A stretch of DNA of 64,000 bases from Epiperipatus broadwayi (taxonomy: Eukaryota; Animalia; Onychophora). Below the pieces are notes generated by a model, which saw only the letters and a program-made list of their open reading frames with translations, did no database searches and was not told the origin of the DNA. Shown here piece by piece: positions 63,081 to 64,000 of the stretch (position 1 is its first letter; the number at the start of each line of letters is the position of its first letter). Location: the NCBI GenBank assembly GCA_028023455.1, contig JAQFVV010000011.1:1488001-1552000 (forward strand), given 5' to 3'. The position numbers were made by a program, and so were the translations under genes.

Positions 63081-64000
63081 TTGTGATGCAAGGTGCTATG
63101 GTATCTTCTTAATTGAAGTTAGGGCTCTCTCGACCACTATGCTCAGAAAAACCTGTTAGCCATCTTCCCATCCCATTCCCCACCCTAAATTTTCCCCATT
63201 TTCTTCTCTATCCTGTTCCATTCCATTTCTACAACATCATCTTTGTCCACTCTATGGCCTTTATATCTAGATCCCCTGTATCTTTTTTCAAACCCAACAT
63301 AAAAACCAAAAATTCATAATCTGTATAATCACTTTGTTTATATTTATTCTCCCACAACTTCATTATTTGTACCCTTTCTGCTTGTAAGAATTTACATTCA
63401 CAAGTAGTAGATGTCTAATCTTTTTCACACCTTCCTTACATAACTTGCAGACTAAATCACCCACATTTCTTCATTTATGTGTATATTCGCTTGTTGCTAA
63501 TGATCCTGTTCAAGCCTTAAACAGTAAACTACTTTCCTTCCTATTATGGTAAATTAACATGCACCTAATATTGTGTTTACTTCTATATATATTTAAACAC
63601 TTTTTTCTCTCCATACTAGTTCTCTGTCTCTCCAACTCTCTATTTTTTATTAATGCATCTATTCTTCTATCCCATTCATGTCACTATAACACTCAACAAT
63701 CCTCCTAATAATATCATCCCACCTTTTGTACAAGTATAATGACATACAGTCTTTATCCAAATCTTCTGCATATCATACTGCCTTTTCTCACCCACCTTGT
63801 TGCCTATCCTTTACTCATAATCGAATTAAATACTATTTTGGCTATTCTCTTACTATCGATAAATTACAATCTACTGAACATTTTCATTTTGTTTTTTCAT
63901 CTCTCATATAAAAATTTGATCATCCCATTTCTCCTTGAATTTCCTACTTTGACATCCATACATCTGCATCTAATGCATGTCTTCCTACTTCTCTTTGTAC
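63081..64000 (-). mobile_element. LINE 3' fragment, same family as 35486-36715, runs off the window
   Basis: Minus-strand translation includes SSLLFKA*TGSLATSEY...VCKLCKEG; 3' region collinear with the two plus-strand copies. Confidence 0.8.

Noticed and set aside
15609-63911. The many 60-100 aa ORFs in the track outside the elements described
   Set aside because: Low-complexity I/F/L/K/N-rich translations expected by chance in AT-rich DNA, or overlaps with non-coding repeats; no motifs or splice support.

Overview
Very AT-rich, repeat-dense animal (probably arthropod-like) genomic DNA; no prokaryotic operons or CRISPR arrays. The only recognisable host coding sequence is one internal exon of a SCHIP1 orthologue (minus strand, 20451-20735), so much of the window may be intronic to that gene. 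The rest is a layered mobile-element landscape: a near full-length but lesioned L1/Tx1-clade LINE (24840-29786), a related ORF1-only poly(A)-tailed element (8721-11110), three RTE-type 3' fragments (one with a twin-priming-type 5' inversion), three 3' fragments of another LINE, six copies of a ~100 bp tRNA-Gly-derived SINE with TSDs, two Tigger/pogo-derived elements, two GG-ended 8-bp-TSD DNA elements, mariner remnants, several fold-back repeats and a Penelope-like GIY-YIG endonuclease remnant. The most striking signal is non-coding: about a dozen type I hammerhead ribozyme motifs (CTGA-N-GA / stem II / GAAA / short palindromic stem III / NUH) in at least three repeat families, arranged as ~350-480 bp tandem monomers and inverted partial copies, two of the families with tRNA-like Pol III boxes. 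This is the architecture expected of retrozymes / Penelope pseudo-LTRs. All calls are by eye; nothing was computed or searched.
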